Shown: piece by piece, positions 24,308 through 25,348 of the stretch | How the letters are laid out: each line of letters opens with the position of its first letter | Position numbering within the stretch: position 1 is the stretch's first letter | Assembly: GCA_001816695.1 (NCBI GenBank) | Contig: MHCR01000002.1 | Span: 10,353 to 35,700 of the forward strand | Length of the DNA stretch: 25,348 nt | From: Candidatus Woykebacteria bacterium RBG_16_39_9b | GTDB lineage: Bacteria > Patescibacteriota > Microgenomatia > Woykebacterales > RBG-16-39-9b | Direction: 5' to 3' | Notes under the pieces: generated by a model | Told to the model about the DNA's origin: nothing | Seen by the model: only the letters and a program-made list of their open reading frames with translations | Database searches by the model: none | Program-made: the position numbers and the translations under genes

Positions 24308-25348
24308 ATGTTTGTCCGGTACAAAAAGGCGTTTTTCATAATTATAGCGGTAGCAATTTTAGCAGCAATTGCCGTTGCAGTTTTTAACCAGCTTGAAACT
24401 CAATCAAAACGATTGCAGAATTTACCAGAAGCAACACCTATAACAACACCTTCCGCTAAAACAAAGACTGAGTTACCAGCCATCACTACTATTGCCACCA
24501 AACTTGAAATACCTTGGAGCATAACCTTTTTACCAGACAAATCAATTATTGTTACTGAACGCCTTGGGAGAATTCGTTTTATAGATCAAAACGGCGTTCT
24601 TGATTCAAAGCCGTTATTAGAGTTAGGTGATTCTTACCACTCCGGTGAAGGAGGTTTACTTGGGGTGACAGTACACCCAGATTTTGAAAAAAATAATCTG
24701 GTTTATTTTTACTATACTTACAAAGAAAAGGGAAAGATTTTAAATAGGGTAGTTAAATATGCTTTTAAAAGAAAGAGTTTTTCTGATCGCAAGATAATAA
24801 TTGAAAATATTCCAGGGAATCTTTTCCACAACGGCGGTAGAATAAAGTTTGGTCCAGATGGATTTTTGTACATAACTACTGGCGATGCTCAAAATGAATC
24901 GTTTGCCCAAGATAAAAGTTCTTTAGCCGGAAAAATATTACGATTGAAAGACGATGGTTCTATTCCAAAGGATAATCCTTTCAGTAATGCGGTTTATTCA
25001 TACGGACACCGTAATCCTCAAGGATTGGCTTGGGATGACAAAAACAGACTTTGGGAGACTGAGCACGGTCGCTCAGGTTTAAAAAGCGGATTAGACGAAC
25101 TCAATTTAATTGAGAAAGGAAAAAATTATGGCTGGCCGATTATCCAAGGTAGCGAGCAGACGTTAGGGATGGAAACTCCCATAGTAAACTCTGGGTCAAA
25201 CATAACTTGGGCACCTTCTGGATCAGCCTTTTACAAAGGTTCGATATTTTTTGCTGGTTTGAGAGGAATAACACTGTATGAAGCAATAATAAAAAACAAG
25301 GCGGCGATATTAAAGGAACATTTCAAAGGTAAGTTTGGTCGACTTCGT
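24308..25348 (+). CDS. PQQ-dependent sugar dehydrogenase (GSDH/YliI-like), 3'-partial, absent from the ORF track
   Basis: Hand translation: MFVRYKKAFFIIIAVAIL (TM)...LEIPWSITFLPD...GEGGLLG...HPDF...FHNGGRIKFGPDG..YITTGDA...YGHRNPQGLAWD...NYGWP. Open to the window end. Confidence 0.9.
   Translation, partial: MFVRYKKAFFIIIAVAILAAIAVAVFNQLETQSKRLQNLPEATPITTPSAKTKTELPAITTIATKLEIPWSITFLPDKSIIVTERLGRIRFIDQNGVLDSKPLLELGDSYHSGEGGLLGVTVHPDFEKNNLVYFYYTYKEKGKILNRVVKYAFKRKSFSDRKIIIENIPGNLFHNGGRIKFGPDGFLYITTGDAQNESFAQDKSSLAGKILRLKDDGSIPKDNPFSNAVYSYGHRNPQGLAWDDKNRLWETEHGRSGLKSGLDELNLIEKGKNYGWPIIQGSEQTLGMETPIVNSGSNITWAPSGSAFYKGSIFFAGLRGITLYEAIIKNKAAILKEHFKGKFGRLR

Noticed and set aside
1-25348. Short antisense and alternate-frame ORFs nested in housekeeping genes; CRISPR, IS or integrase signals
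   Set aside because: The nested ORFs lie fully within well-supported genes and have no motifs or RBS. No repeat-spacer array or transposase was seen.

Overview
AT-rich housekeeping region from a streamlined bacterium. Short HrcA, GrpE and IF2, missing rimP/rbfA/truB, a degenerate NrnA-like protein, pilN and a lycopene-cyclase-domain gene point to Patescibacteria/CPR, probably Microgenomates-like (inference). Gene order: pilN, rpsT, murJ, lepA, lycopene-cyclase-domain gene, heat-shock operon (hrcA-grpE-small membrane protein-dnaK-dnaJ), tRNA-Gly(CCC), a ~410-nt GC-rich structured non-coding island, nusA-infB-DHH-rpsO-pnp-hypothetical-udg-rnj-ftsK-rodZ, ytxG/ytxH-like genes and a partial PQQ-type sugar dehydrogenase. 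No mobile element or CRISPR array was seen. The most interesting signals are non-coding: (1) a gapless 76-nt tRNA-Ala(UGC) relic that appears refolded into a new Ala-type acceptor helix, inside a multi-hairpin island upstream of tRNA-Gly; (2) non-canonical CIRCE operators; (3) an in-frame uORF starting MSKII directly ahead of dnaK, which also starts MSKII; (4) repeated leaderless-type promoter geometry; (5) a switch-like GC-rich leader ahead of the ytxG-like gene. All folds and motif calls are by eye.
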